From NCBI GenBank assembly GCA_964626705.1, contig CAZVGL010000003.1:6543-70542 (forward strand): a stretch of DNA of 64,000 nt, given 5' to 3'. Positions 49,423 through 59,370 of the stretch are shown in pieces. The notes under the pieces are model-generated. The model searched no databases, was not told where the DNA came from, and saw nothing but the letters and a program-made list of their open reading frames with translations. Source of the DNA: an uncultured Candidatus Saccharibacteria bacterium. Lineage in GTDB: Bacteria > Patescibacteriota > Minisyncoccia > Phycocordibacterales > UBA2163. How positions within the stretch are numbered: position 1 is the stretch's first letter; each line of letters starts with the position of its first letter. The position numbers and the translations under genes are program-made.

Positions 49423-49944
49423 TTATATTAAATCAATAATTTTCTTTACAACATCTTCTATTACACCATCTGCATTTACGACAATAGCTTCGTGCTTCTT
49501 AACCTTATCTTCAAACCAATCTTTCCAACCTAAAACCACTTTACGACCTTCCTCCGTATTTCCCATATCACCTGTACCTTCACGACTTGAAAGTCTTTTG
49601 TGTAATATTTCTGGATTTGTTTGCAATAATATCGTTTTATCAAAAAGTGGGATTATGTCATCCATATTAGAAGCAACTCCACAATAAAAAGCTATATCTT
49701 CTTTTTGTTGCTCTAATAATTCTTTTAGTTTATTTACATCGCAAAGCCATTCTGCATTTTTTATCTTCTCTGCATCGGCATTGCTGTAGTCTTTATAAAC
49801 TTCTCCAGTATCTTTTCTAAACATATCAAACATACCGTCAATGGTCTCGATGTCGTAAGACTCATAACCAAGACGACAAAGTTCTTTATGTGCTGTTGAT
49901 TTTCCTGATCCAGCTATTCCTGTTATTAGGATTTTGGTTTTCAT
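49423..49944 (-). CDS. P-loop kinase (NMP/shikimate-kinase-like)
   Basis: ITGIAGSGKST; RLSSR lid. Confidence 0.8.
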   Translation of the reverse strand: MKTKILITGIAGSGKSTAHKELCRLGYESYDIETIDGMFDMFRKDTGEVYKDYSNADAEKIKNAEWLCDVNKLKELLEQQKEDIAFYCGVASNMDDIIPLFDKTILLQTNPEILHKRLSSREGTGDMGNTEEGRKVVLGWKDWFEDKVKKHEAIVVNADGVIEDVVKKIIDLI

Positions 49945-49948
49945 AGTT

Positions 49949-50272
49949 TTATACTAACTTAAATTTTATTATTTTGACAATAGTATTTTCGTCAACTTTG
50001 TCGCCGTAGTATTTTTTAAATTCTTCGTACATTTTTTCTTCACTTTCAAATTTTTCTTGCCCTTCAAAATCAGCGTCTTCTAATTGCCCAAGAGGTTTTT
50101 CTCTTACTTCTGTCAGTTCAGCTTTTCCAAATACTTCTTTAGTATCCCAATTTATCAAATCCACCATATCACCAACCTGCAAATCTTTATCGTCAAAAAG
50201 CCGCCAAGTGGATGTTTTTTCACCGGATAGTATGAGGGGTATGAGGTATGGGCGGAATTTTAGGGTTTTCAT
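49949..50272 (-). CDS. ASCH domain protein
   Basis: ILSGEKTSTWR (GxKxxTxR). Confidence 0.85.
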   Translation of the reverse strand: MKTLKFRPYLIPLILSGEKTSTWRLFDDKDLQVGDMVDLINWDTKEVFGKAELTEVREKPLGQLEDADFEGQEKFESEEKMYEEFKKYYGDKVDENTIVKIIKFKLV

Positions 50273-50299
50273 GGGGGGGGTAAGTTATATTTTATTGTA

Positions 50300-50842
50300 T
50301 TAAGACACAGCTCTTAATAAGTTCATTCTTTCCTTTAATTTTTTAAAGATTTCATTTGTCAGTCTAACACTCTTCATAATTCCTTGAATTTCATCTTTTG
50401 GCACAATTCGTATCTTTATTTTTCCCTTAACCGGGATAAAATCATATCGTATGTCCACGAAATCTTTTATTTTTATTACTCCTTTATTGGTAGATATAAA
50501 ATATTCTTTATCTTTTATAGAAATATCAAGTATGCCTATATTTTTAAGTTCATCATGCCCTATCGCTTCGCCTAATTTTACAACATTGTGACCAACTTTT
50601 TGAAGCTCTTCTTCAACCTCTTTAGATGTTTCGAAATTTGATCTTAATATAAACTGCGCCTTTAAAAGAAGTTCAAAATGAAAAGATAATAGTATATACA
50701 ATGATCTTAAATGAGCTTGTTCTGTCACCATTTTATTACGAACCGCATACTCTTCTAAAAAATCAAGACCTGACGATACTCGAGCGAATAATTTAAGACA
50801 GGTTACATATTTATCAAATAAATTTTTATCTATATCTTTCAT
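50300..50842 (-). CDS. HEPN-like helical hypothetical protein
   Basis: FELLLKA...GHN...DIRY pattern. Confidence 0.45.
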   Translation of the reverse strand: MKDIDKNLFDKYVTCLKLFARVSSGLDFLEEYAVRNKMVTEQAHLRSLYILLSFHFELLLKAQFILRSNFETSKEVEEELQKVGHNVVKLGEAIGHDELKNIGILDISIKDKEYFISTNKGVIKIKDFVDIRYDFIPVKGKIKIRIVPKDEIQGIMKSVRLTNEIFKKLKERMNLLRAVS

Positions 50843-50857
50843 ATATGTTTATACCTC

Positions 50858-51607
50858 TTAAACCAAAGCTTTTTTGTGTTTTGTACTCCATTCATACAAA
50901 GCAATAGCGGTAGATGCCGCAACATTCAAAGATTCACATTTTTGATTCATAGGAATAGAAAGCAAAATATCACATAATTCTTTTGTTTTTTCTCGTACCC
51001 CTTTTGCTTCATTACCGAGGATGAAGACGGTTGGTGTGTCGAACGGCTCATCGGCTATATTCTTTTCTGACTCTCCTTCCAGCCCATATATCCAGAAACC
51101 TTTCTTCTTTAAATCACGTACCGCATTATTCACATTACTAATCTGTATAAGTGGAATACGAAATGCCATACCAGCAGATACTTTTATTACAGTACCAGAT
51201 ATTTGTGCTTGATTATGCGGTGGTATCAATATTCCTGACACACCAAAAGCGACGGCTGATCTGATGATAGCTCCGACATTCTGCGGGTCTTGTATCTCAC
51301 TCAATACAACAAGGTTAGTATCTTCTGTGATCTCAAGGTCAGAGATAAACTCTTTGTAGTCCACCACTAACTTATCAGCTGAAACCTCTGCGACAACACC
51401 TTGATGCACGATCTCGTCGTCCTTTTTATTATAATCTAGCGTAAGAGGAGTGATGTTTGCGTCTTTTATAGCCTTACGCAAAGTAGCGTCGTCGTTTTCT
51501 TTTGCTAAAAGAACTTTATCTAATACATCGGGTTTATGTTGCAAAGCTTCCATGACTGCATGTTTTCCATATATTTGAATCTTGTTTTGCGTATTTTTTA
51601 TTTTCAT
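50858..51607 (-). CDS. rlmB: 23S rRNA Gm2251 methyltransferase (TrmH/SPOUT)
   Basis: IYGKHAV, HQG, DPQNVGAIIRSA, GNEAKG, ESLNVA. Confidence 0.9.
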   Translation of the reverse strand: MKIKNTQNKIQIYGKHAVMEALQHKPDVLDKVLLAKENDDATLRKAIKDANITPLTLDYNKKDDEIVHQGVVAEVSADKLVVDYKEFISDLEITEDTNLVVLSEIQDPQNVGAIIRSAVAFGVSGILIPPHNQAQISGTVIKVSAGMAFRIPLIQISNVNNAVRDLKKKGFWIYGLEGESEKNIADEPFDTPTVFILGNEAKGVREKTKELCDILLSIPMNQKCESLNVAASTAIALYEWSTKHKKALV

Positions 51608-51687
51608 GGGGGTTATGGGTGTATTTTGTGTGTAAGAACCGCACTTAAATTGACTAGGACTATTGTACGAAGTTAGAACCTGTTTCA

Positions 51688-52437
51688 TTAATTAAGTAGT
51701 TTGATTGAGTCTAAGATTTCATTAAAAATATGCTCGTCTTTCTTGAAATCAGCCATATTTTTTTTATCCTCGTAACTCTGTAAAGCATCTGCGTGATTTT
51801 CAAAAGTTTTGCTCACCCCATATGTTATCTTCAATAAATCAACATAGATTGTTTCCCCCGCTTTACCGAGAGGAACTTTCTTACTTATAGGACTAAGAAA
51901 AGCGTCTATTTTCTGTAAATAACAATCGACTACGCTTAACCCTCCCTCACCGGCACATGCATTAAAAGTAGAAAAATATGCATCATGGCTTAAGAATTCA
52001 CCTTTGTTTTGTTGATAAGATGTAGGCATGTCATCTGTTGGAAAGAAAAGATTATACTTTGCTGATTTTATTATTCCGATTTTAACAGATAGCCGCCTTC
52101 CTCCTAAGTTTTTTTGAATATCTATATAATAATCATTATCTTTTGTGAGAATCCAATCCTGTGGGTATTTCACCTCAATACCAAGTTCTCTACTGCTGTA
52201 TGTTTTCCAATCGGCAGTTTCGTCAAATTCATCCTTAACGACCACTGCATTCTTTGGCTGTTCTGTTACAACTTCTTCGCCATTATCTTTCTGATTTTCT
52301 TCAACAAAAGTAGTGTCGTCTGTATCTTTAACAATTAGATTAGTATTATTAATAACATAAGCACCTCCTACACCAATAGCAATAACTGCAGCAATAACTA
52401 CAAACAGTATCCCAACTAATCCAAATCCTTTATTCAT
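51688..52437 (-). CDS. Prepilin-leader protein with PsbP-like domain
   Basis: MNKGFGLVGILFVVI; DWKTYSSRELGIEVKYPQDW; FNEILDSIKL. Confidence 0.7.
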   Translation of the reverse strand: MNKGFGLVGILFVVIAAVIAIGVGGAYVINNTNLIVKDTDDTTFVEENQKDNGEEVVTEQPKNAVVVKDEFDETADWKTYSSRELGIEVKYPQDWILTKDNDYYIDIQKNLGGRRLSVKIGIIKSAKYNLFFPTDDMPTSYQQNKGEFLSHDAYFSTFNACAGEGGLSVVDCYLQKIDAFLSPISKKVPLGKAGETIYVDLLKITYGVSKTFENHADALQSYEDKKNMADFKKDEHIFNEILDSIKLLN

Positions 52438-52476
52438 ATTTTTATTATAGTAAAATTAATAACATTATCTGCACAG

Positions 52477-52547
52477 CTGCCGGACTAGGACTCGAACCTA
52501 GATACCTAGTACCAAAAACTAGTGTCCTACCATTAGACGATCCGGCA
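52477..52547 (-). tRNA. tRNA-Gln (TTG), CCA not encoded
   Basis: TGCCGGA/TCCGGCA acceptor; CTAGT-TTTTGGT-ACTAG anticodon arm; GGTTCGAGTCC T arm. Confidence 0.96.
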
Positions 52548-52560
52548 ATATATTCAATTA

Positions 52561-52627
52561 TACCAAAAACCCACCACTTCGACGATCCGGCAATTTATTT
52601 ATTTGCTACGTAACATGCTACGTAACA
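52561..52627. repeat. Degenerate copy of the tRNA-Gln 5' half plus 2x12-bp tandem repeat
   Basis: gacgatccggcaat at 52536-52549 and 52581-52594; taccaaaaac at 52510 and 52561; (tgctacgtaaca)x2 at 52604-52627. Confidence 0.75.
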
Positions 52628-52640
52628 AACTCAACTACGG

Positions 52641-52702
52641 CCGAGGACTCACCTCCGTACATTCCGCTTCGCTCCATTCCCCGAGGAAAGACCTCCGCCT
52701 CC
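52641..52702. repeat. Dispersed hairpin repeat, copy 1
   Basis: gaggact-ca-cctc...gagg-aa-agacctc. Confidence 0.75.
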
Positions 52703-52703
52703 A

Positions 52704-53741
52704 CTATTTACTATCTTGCCCCAAGATCTTGATCAAAGCAAGTTCTAGGGGAAGTTGGGGGATATATGAGCGACCAGTGGCGTCATACGCTAGCAGTAGC
52801 TCTGTAAGTGTATTTGAGTTGATCTTACTCTTTTCTTCCCCACTGAGCTTCTTTAAAAGCTCAAAATCCTCCCCACCAAACTGCTCTTTTATAACACCCT
52901 CCATATCTTTTGCATATTTCAGAAGCATTACAGAACGCACTTTATGAAGTATCATTTTCAAAAACACTTTCATGTCTATATTCCCCTCCACAGCAGAGTT
53001 CACTGCTTGAAGACTTTTATCCAAATCCCCTTCTGCAAGACCTCCAACTATATCGTTCACTAGCTGACCCTTTGGCGCACCGGCCACTCTCTCCACCTCC
53101 TCTACACTCACCTTCTTGTCAGCAGATGAAAAGAGTATCTTCTGGAGTATGCCATGTGTATCACGGAAAGAGCCGTCGCCAAGCATCGCTATAAGCTCTG
53201 AAGCAGACGACTCAAGCTCAAAACCTTCTTTCTTTGCAGTTGCTTCAACTATTTTTTTTAAAATCTTCTGAGACGGCTTTTTAAATGTAAAAGTCTGACA
53301 CCTAGATACTATAGTGTCAGGAAGCTTCTCTATCTCTGTGGTCGCAAGCATGAATATCACATGTGTAGGTGGCTCTTCTAAAGTCTTCAGGAGTGCATTA
53401 AACGCTTCTTTTGTAAGCATGTGCACCTCGTCTATTATATATACTTTATACGGTGACTCAAACGGTAACACTGTTACAGCTTCTCTAAGCTCACGGATGT
53501 CGTCAATACCTCTGTTTGATGCCGCATCTATCTCATGCAAGTCATTAGGAGAACATTTTACTTCATTTGCCAATATCCTCGCAATACTTGTTTTGCCAGT
53601 CCCACGAGAACCAGAAAAGAGGTAAGCGTGAGCAATATTACCTTGCTTAAGAGCACCAGTAAGTGCATCTACAATATGCTCCTGACCAAGCACATCTTTA
53701 AACCCCTTCGGGCGGTATTTTCTATAGAGTACCTCTGACAT
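52704..53741 (-). CDS. dnaX: DNA polymerase III subunit gamma/tau
   Basis: LYRKYRP, GSRGTGKTS, EIDAASN, IIDEVHML, SRC; start moved to MSEVL. Confidence 0.96.
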   Translation of the reverse strand: MSEVLYRKYRPKGFKDVLGQEHIVDALTGALKQGNIAHAYLFSGSRGTGKTSIARILANEVKCSPNDLHEIDAASNRGIDDIRELREAVTVLPFESPYKVYIIDEVHMLTKEAFNALLKTLEEPPTHVIFMLATTEIEKLPDTIVSRCQTFTFKKPSQKILKKIVEATAKKEGFELESSASELIAMLGDGSFRDTHGILQKILFSSADKKVSVEEVERVAGAPKGQLVNDIVGGLAEGDLDKSLQAVNSAVEGNIDMKVFLKMILHKVRSVMLLKYAKDMEGVIKEQFGGEDFELLKKLSGEEKSKINSNTLTELLLAYDATGRSYIPQLPLELALIKILGQDSK

Positions 53742-53881
53742 AGGCAATATTATATCACGTAATCCACATAAGCCGAACCAACCCCTTGACATTTCCCCCG
53801 TATATGCTAGTATATAGCTTGGTCACCCGTTTTTGTATCTGTGTATATTTATATTTTCTAAATTATTTAGGAGAATGAAAT

Positions 53882-53989
53882 ATGTCATTTATACAGTCTT
53901 TTAAAACAGTCGTAACGGAAGTAGCAATGATAGTAGGATTGGTTCTTGCTTATTTTATAACCGCAAAGATAGGAGGTATATTGTGGTAA
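53882..53989 (+). CDS. 35-aa single-TM small protein
   Basis: MSFIQSFKTVVTEVAMIVGLVLAYFITAKIGGILW; AGGAG SD; TTGACA-16-TAGTAT at 53786-53813. Confidence 0.55.
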   Translation: MSFIQSFKTVVTEVAMIVGLVLAYFITAKIGGILW

Positions 53990-54111
53990 GAATAGGCAAA
54001 CTAATGGACAAGTCTGCGGATGTATTTTGGGATATCATTACACATAAATACTGCAAAGTACTTTATATCGCAGTAATGATCGCATGTTGCGCCATAATAG
54101 CCACAGTCTGA
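53983..54111 (+). CDS. 42-aa single-TM small protein
   Basis: AGGAGGT 5 nt before GTG; MVRIGKLMDKSADVFWDIITHKYCKVLYIAVMIACCAIIATV; terminator follows. Confidence 0.55.
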   Translation: MVRIGKLMDKSADVFWDIITHKYCKVLYIAVMIACCAIIATV

Positions 54112-54296
54112 CTGTCTACTCGACAGTACACACCCCCACCAAACATTGGTGCGGGTGTGTTTTTATTTACCTGACTACAAAACAAACACAATTAACTTAT
54201 GCACCTGTGTTTGTTTACCCTCAAATACATAAATGTTATTTTAATAATAGCAGTAGAAGAACCTTTATTTTTGTAATCTGTAAAGTGGAGGGTAAG

Positions 54297-54422
54297 ATGA
54301 CTATTAGTGTAAAGCAATCTGGAAAGTTTCGAGAAATGGTAACAGAAGTATTACCACGATATTATCCACATATTTTTGCAGTCATTGTTGTAGCCGTTGG
54401 CTTGTGTGCAATATTTGGCTAA
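54297..54422 (+). CDS. 41-aa single-TM small protein
   Basis: GGAGG SD; MTISVKQSGKFREMVTEVLPRYYPHIFAVIVVAVGLCAIFG; terminator ccctaacgctc...gagcgttaggg. Confidence 0.6.
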   Translation: MTISVKQSGKFREMVTEVLPRYYPHIFAVIVVAVGLCAIFG

Positions 54423-54499
54423 CAGTCACCACCATTTTTATCAGAAAGACCCTAACGCTCAAATCAGTTTGATTTGTACGAGCGTTAGGGCTTTTTTGT

Positions 54500-55453
54500 T
54501 TATTTATTTAAATACTCATTCACAGTATTTTCTACATCACTTGCTGTTTTTGCTTCCATAAGTTTAATGCGCAACTCTTTTGCACCATCCCAACCATACA
54601 CATATGCTTTATAATGCTTCTTCATAATAGAGAAGTTTTTTTGTGAAGCTATCTCTTCAAAAAGTTTTGTATGCTCTACCATTACTTTTAATTTTTCTTC
54701 TATATCCACCTCACCTTTCTCTTCATCAAAAAGCCATGGATTACCAAATATTGCCCTACCGAGCATAACGCCGTCTGCCCCAGTCTCTTCTGCTTTTTCT
54801 CGTGCATCTTTTATATCTTTTATGTCACCATTGCCACAAATTAATGTGTCACTTTTCATCTTGTCGCGCATCTCTACTGCTCTTTTTATATAAGACCAAT
54901 CAGCAGGAACTTTAGACATTTGTTTTCTTGTGCGCGCATGGATAGTTATCACTGCAGGCTCTGCTTTAAGAAGTACTGGCAACCATTCATCTAGCTCATC
55001 TTTGTTATACCCTACTCTTGTTTTTACAGACACTGGTAGATCCCCCGCACCATCTTTTGCAGCTTTTATGAGTTCTGCTGCGAGCTTTGGATTCTTCATA
55101 AGAGCAGACCCTGCGCCTTGCTTTTCTATACTTCTATCAGGACAACCCATGTTTATGTCTATACCGTCAAAACCTAGCTCAACTGCGAGCTCGGCTGCTT
55201 TTTTCATACGCTCAGGGTCAGATGTAAAGAACTGCGCAACTATAGGCCTCTGGGCTTCTGTAAACTCCAAGTCTTTTACAAGAGCTTCTTTGCCACCGAG
55301 AAAAAGCCCGTCTGCAGAGACAAATTCTGTATAAGTGACGTCAGGTTTTCCATACTTTGCTATAACCCGCCGAAAAGGTGCATCCGTGACATCTGCCATA
55401 GGTGCAAGTACAAAAAACGGCTTATTTAGCTTTTTCCAAAATTCTTTTGACAT
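54500..55453 (-). CDS. dus: tRNA-dihydrouridine synthase
   Basis: LAPMADVTD, DINMGCP, HART, NGDI, GVMLGR. Confidence 0.95.
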   Translation of the reverse strand: MSKEFWKKLNKPFFVLAPMADVTDAPFRRVIAKYGKPDVTYTEFVSADGLFLGGKEALVKDLEFTEAQRPIVAQFFTSDPERMKKAAELAVELGFDGIDINMGCPDRSIEKQGAGSALMKNPKLAAELIKAAKDGAGDLPVSVKTRVGYNKDELDEWLPVLLKAEPAVITIHARTRKQMSKVPADWSYIKRAVEMRDKMKSDTLICGNGDIKDIKDAREKAEETGADGVMLGRAIFGNPWLFDEEKGEVDIEEKLKVMVEHTKLFEEIASQKNFSIMKKHYKAYVYGWDGAKELRIKLMEAKTASDVENTVNEYLNK

Positions 55454-55474
55454 AAATCTAATATATCATTTATA

Positions 55475-55534
55475 CTCCTCAAGGTCTCACCTCTTCCGTC
55501 GCTCCACTCCTCCTCGAGGAAAGACCTTTTCCCG
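55475..55534. repeat. Dispersed hairpin repeat, copy 2
   Basis: ctcctc-aaggtct-ca-cctc...gagg-aa-agacctt-ttcccg. Confidence 0.75.
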
Positions 55535-55541
55535 TATAAAA

Positions 55542-56366
55542 TTATTTAAACTTAAAATACACTTTATTACCAAAACGGAAATCTGCATAGTCTAAGACCT
55601 CAAGACTTTCTTTCTCAAACTCTTCCCCACCAAATACAGATTGTATATTTTCAAAAATACTCGAAAGGTTCTGCTTCCTTCCAAAGAGTATCTTACCTCC
55701 ACTCCCTAGCACTATCTCAAAATCATCTTTATCTAAAATACTAAACACTACTGGGTTCAAACCAATCTCTGAAAGAGAAGTTAAGAAAAAGTTAATCTCT
55801 TTAAAATCTGCAACTTCCATAAACTGCTCTCCTATATCTACCTCAGATCCAAAATATCTTAAAAACACACTCCCAGAGAAGTCTGGTGCTTTTGTAAACA
55901 TAAGCCCGTCTTCATCTAAGAAATAACAGTCTGTAGTTGTAGAAACTTCACTACCACAATAAAGCGCATGGGGCTTTCTCTCTTCTACACTAATAGATAT
56001 AGACTGCAAACTTTCAAACGAGACATCCACTTCTTTTATCTCTTTAAAATCTGCAAGAAGTTTTTCTTGCAAGTCTTTTCTTGGATACAGAAGTATACTT
56101 GATTTTGGAAAGACATATGCGTAGTTGCCAGATATCTTATCTTCCACAAAACCTTTTATTGATTTTGTTGCTATAGCTGAATTACCTTTTATATTAATAT
56201 CAATAATATTTATACGCTCTGCTCTAAGTGCAAACACGACACCTACTGTTATCAAGACCAAAACAGCAAGAATACCACTGATCTTTAATATCAGTAATTT
56301 TCTTCTTCTTTCTGCAAGTTTGGAGTGCGGTTTATGTCGATGGTGTTTGCGTCTTATTGTTGTCAT
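55542..56366 (-). CDS. FtsQ/DivIB-like cell division protein
   Basis: Basic N-tail, TM, POTRA-like region, VEERKP, DYADFRFGNKVY. Confidence 0.8.
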   Translation of the reverse strand: MTTIRRKHHRHKPHSKLAERRRKLLILKISGILAVLVLITVGVVFALRAERINIIDINIKGNSAIATKSIKGFVEDKISGNYAYVFPKSSILLYPRKDLQEKLLADFKEIKEVDVSFESLQSISISVEERKPHALYCGSEVSTTTDCYFLDEDGLMFTKAPDFSGSVFLRYFGSEVDIGEQFMEVADFKEINFFLTSLSEIGLNPVVFSILDKDDFEIVLGSGGKILFGRKQNLSSIFENIQSVFGGEEFEKESLEVLDYADFRFGNKVYFKFK

Positions 56367-57639
56367 TTTCTACACTTTTTTTAATAACACTTCTTCCTCC
56401 CATATATTTTTGAAGCACTTCTGGAATATTTATTGAGCCGTCTTCGTTTTGATTGTTTTCTATAAGAGCGATTAGTACGCGCGGAGTTGGTATAGCTGTA
56501 CCGTTTAGAGAATATACATAATGCTTTTTACCATTATCATCATACCTAGTATTGAATCTGCGAGTTTGGAAATCGTGATAATACGATGCACTAGCTATCT
56601 CAGCGTATCTTTTCTCGGCAGGAAGCCAAAGATCTGTATCGTATGATTTAACCTGACTTGATTTCAAATCACCTTTACATATAGAAAGCTGTCTGTATGG
56701 TAAATTAAGTGACTCAACAAACTCTTCAGTGTTTCTTTGTATCTCTTCATGAAATTTAACAGATTCCTCGTGGCTTGCTTCACATAAAATAAGTTGTTCA
56801 AGCTTAAAGAATTCGTGTACTCGCATAAGACCTTTAGTGTCTTTACCATGACTTCCTGCCTCGCGCCTAAAGCATGGAGAGAAAGCAAGATAACGTTTTG
56901 GCAAATCTTCTTTTTTTAACATTTCATCTGAGTGATACGCCATCATCGGTACTTCAGCAGTACCTGACAGATAGTCGTCATCTTGTGTTTTGAAGAGGTC
57001 GTCTGCATCTGTCGGCAAGTGTCCTGTACCATAAAAGAAATCTTTTTTAACAATAGATGGTGCTATGAATGGTTCAAAATTTTTCTTTAAGAAAAACTCT
57101 TGCGCATAGTTCCAGATAGCCCACGAAAGAAGAGCGCCGTCATTTTTAAGAAAATACCCACGGAAACCATGCACTTTACTTCCACGTTCAAAGTCCACCA
57201 TATTTAGGTTTTGCATTAGCTCTATATGACCTTTGGGCTCAAAGCTAAATTCTGGAATATTGCCCCATTTTTTTATTTCTTTATTATCGTCCTCACTCTC
57301 TCCATCTGGTACAGACATATCAGGGATATTCGGCACACGCACCATCAGATGTTGCCACTCTTTCATAACCTCTCTTAGTTCAGACTCTTCTCCTGTGATA
57401 ACATCTTTGAGCATTTTCATCTTCGTTATAAGATGATTGCGCTCTTCTTCATCTACTGTTTTTGCTATCTCTTCTGACACAGTGTTTTGTTCAGCCTTTT
57501 TCTCCTCAAAACTAGTTATCCTTTTCCTTCTATCGTCGTTAACCTCAACCAGCCTATCAATATCAACTTCCACATGCTTTTTCTTAGCTGCTGCTTTTAC
57601 TATGTCTTTATTTTCTATAATAAATTTGATATCTAACAT
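56332..57639 (-). CDS. serS: Serine--tRNA ligase
   Basis: MLDIKFI, GTAEVP, FRREAGSHGKD, LNGTAI. Confidence 0.97.
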   Translation of the reverse strand: MLDIKFIIENKDIVKAAAKKKHVEVDIDRLVEVNDDRRKRITSFEEKKAEQNTVSEEIAKTVDEEERNHLITKMKMLKDVITGEESELREVMKEWQHLMVRVPNIPDMSVPDGESEDDNKEIKKWGNIPEFSFEPKGHIELMQNLNMVDFERGSKVHGFRGYFLKNDGALLSWAIWNYAQEFFLKKNFEPFIAPSIVKKDFFYGTGHLPTDADDLFKTQDDDYLSGTAEVPMMAYHSDEMLKKEDLPKRYLAFSPCFRREAGSHGKDTKGLMRVHEFFKLEQLILCEASHEESVKFHEEIQRNTEEFVESLNLPYRQLSICKGDLKSSQVKSYDTDLWLPAEKRYAEIASASYYHDFQTRRFNTRYDDNGKKHYVYSLNGTAIPTPRVLIALIENNQNEDGSINIPEVLQKYMGGRSVIKKSVENDNNKTQTPST

Positions 57640-57674
57640 TCCTTATATAGTATCAAAAGTGATAGAATAAACAA

Positions 57675-58538
57675 ATGAGTAGTGACATTAGACAACTAAC
57701 ACCAGAACAATACCCAGAGCTTCTTAAGGAAATCAACGACCCACCTAAGAAGCTTTATGTGCGCGGTGAGCTTCCTCCAACAGAGATGAGATACTTATGT
57801 GTAGTAGGTTCTAGAAAATATTCCCCATATGGAAAAGAAGCGTGTAGAACCTTAATAAAAGGTTTACGTGGATATCCTATAGTTATAGTCTCAGGTCTCG
57901 CACTCGGCATAGACTCCATAGCGCACGAAGCAGCGCTTGAAGTAGGCCTTAAGACTATCGCTGTTCCAGGTTCTGGACTTAATGAAAATGTACTACATCC
58001 AAAAACAAATAAAGATCTTTCAAGGAGAATAGTGGGTTCAGGTGGTACATTACTCTCAGAGTTTGAAGAAAACTTTAAAGCCACGTACTATAGCTTCCCG
58101 CAAAGAAACAGGGTGATGGCGGGCATGTCACAAGCTACTCTTATAATAGAAGCTGAAGAAAAGTCCGGCACACTTATAACTTCCAAGTTTGCTACCGAAT
58201 ACAACAGAGACGTACTCACAGTGCCTGCTTCTATATTTTCTGGCAACTCATCCGGCCCGCATATGTTGCTCCGACTCGGTGCCACACCTATAAGAAAAAG
58301 CGAGGATATCTTAGAAGCATTGGGGTTTAATGTAGAAGAAAAACAACAAACTTTAGATCTTGAGAGTCTGTCTGAGAAAGAGCAAAAAATAGCATATATA
58401 TTAAATACGCCAATGACACGCGACGATCTTATAAGTAAGCTTAACCTCCCAATACAAGAAGTAAATGTAACCCTTTCCGCAATGGAAATAAAAGGTATTA
58501 TAAAGGAGAGTATGGGGGAAATACGAATTAATAAGTAA
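57675..58538 (+). CDS. dprA: DNA processing protein DprA
   Basis: VVGSR, VSGLALGID, FPQRNR, EAEEKSGTLIT. Confidence 0.95.
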   Translation: MSSDIRQLTPEQYPELLKEINDPPKKLYVRGELPPTEMRYLCVVGSRKYSPYGKEACRTLIKGLRGYPIVIVSGLALGIDSIAHEAALEVGLKTIAVPGSGLNENVLHPKTNKDLSRRIVGSGGTLLSEFEENFKATYYSFPQRNRVMAGMSQATLIIEAEEKSGTLITSKFATEYNRDVLTVPASIFSGNSSGPHMLLRLGATPIRKSEDILEALGFNVEEKQQTLDLESLSEKEQKIAYILNTPMTRDDLISKLNLPIQEVNVTLSAMEIKGIIKESMGEIRINK

Positions 58539-58550
58539 TAACATTTTTTT

Positions 58551-59066
58551 ATGATCAAAAAAACAGTAGGACTTATAGTATTAGCAAACACACAAGAAAA
58601 AGGGTTAGTAGCTGTACTTCAAGTACGTGGTAATTTTAATACTGAAAAAAACAATAAAGAGACATACAACGGCGCTTGTCAGCTTACAGTACATGGAAGT
58701 ATGAACGACGGTGAGTCAGAAACAGATACACTTCTGCGTGAGACAAGAGAAGAACTTGGCGAAGATTTTGCAGAGATCTTGGAGTCAGAACTTAATATAC
58801 ATAAAAATTTTATCGATCTAAATAAAATAGAAAATGAGAATATGTCAGTTGCGAATTTCGGCACAATGGTAAAAGAGAGTGCTTTAAAAGAAATAGAGAT
58901 CAATCAATCAACAGGTGGGAGTATAAGACTCATATCAAAAGACGATATAGGAAACATTCGCGAACTAACGCCAGAAGACAGAGAAAATGGTATTGCAGAG
59001 GATGAAACAGTGATGTTCCCAGACGACATAGAAGCAGTGAAACTAACATTTGAGAAGTTTGCATAG
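58551..59066 (+). CDS. NUDIX hydrolase family protein
   Basis: GSMNDGESETDTLLRETREELG Nudix box. Confidence 0.8.
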   Translation: MIKKTVGLIVLANTQEKGLVAVLQVRGNFNTEKNNKETYNGACQLTVHGSMNDGESETDTLLRETREELGEDFAEILESELNIHKNFIDLNKIENENMSVANFGTMVKESALKEIEINQSTGGSIRLISKDDIGNIRELTPEDRENGIAEDETVMFPDDIEAVKLTFEKFA

Positions 59067-59166
59067 AGTTTGACAAAGAATATAGCTATGTTACTTTATT
59101 GGAAGCAACGCAGTTTTTTAAGTGGTTATATATATCTTTTTTATTTATTTTGAAAGGGGTAATTGT

Positions 59167-59370
59167 ATGACATTTCGTTACAGTATAGGAAAAATAGAAA
59201 TAGAAAAGCATGCCAGAAAGACACTTAGCAAACTTATACGGGATCATAATCATTTTGTAGACAAGGGCAAGTCACATGAAACAGACAAGATACGACCAAA
59301 TATAGTAAAAATGATAGGACAATACAACCTGAAAGTAAGTGGTTGTGGATGCATTCATGCACCACAATAA
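59167..59370 (+). CDS. Orphan 67-aa basic protein
   Basis: TTGACA-16-TACTTT at 59070-59097, AAGGGG SD, terminator agcgagagggc...gcccactcgct. Confidence 0.55.
   Translation: MTFRYSIGKIEIEKHARKTLSKLIRDHNHFVDKGKSHETDKIRPNIVKMIGQYNLKVSGCGCIHAPQ

Noticed and set aside
52603-52947. 114-aa plus-strand ORF starting MLRNMLRN
   Set aside because: Arises from the tandem repeat and hairpin element, then runs antisense to dnaX
54084-54296. Long N-terminal extension of the 54084-54422 ORF
   Set aside because: Crosses a terminator; the SD supports the start at 54297
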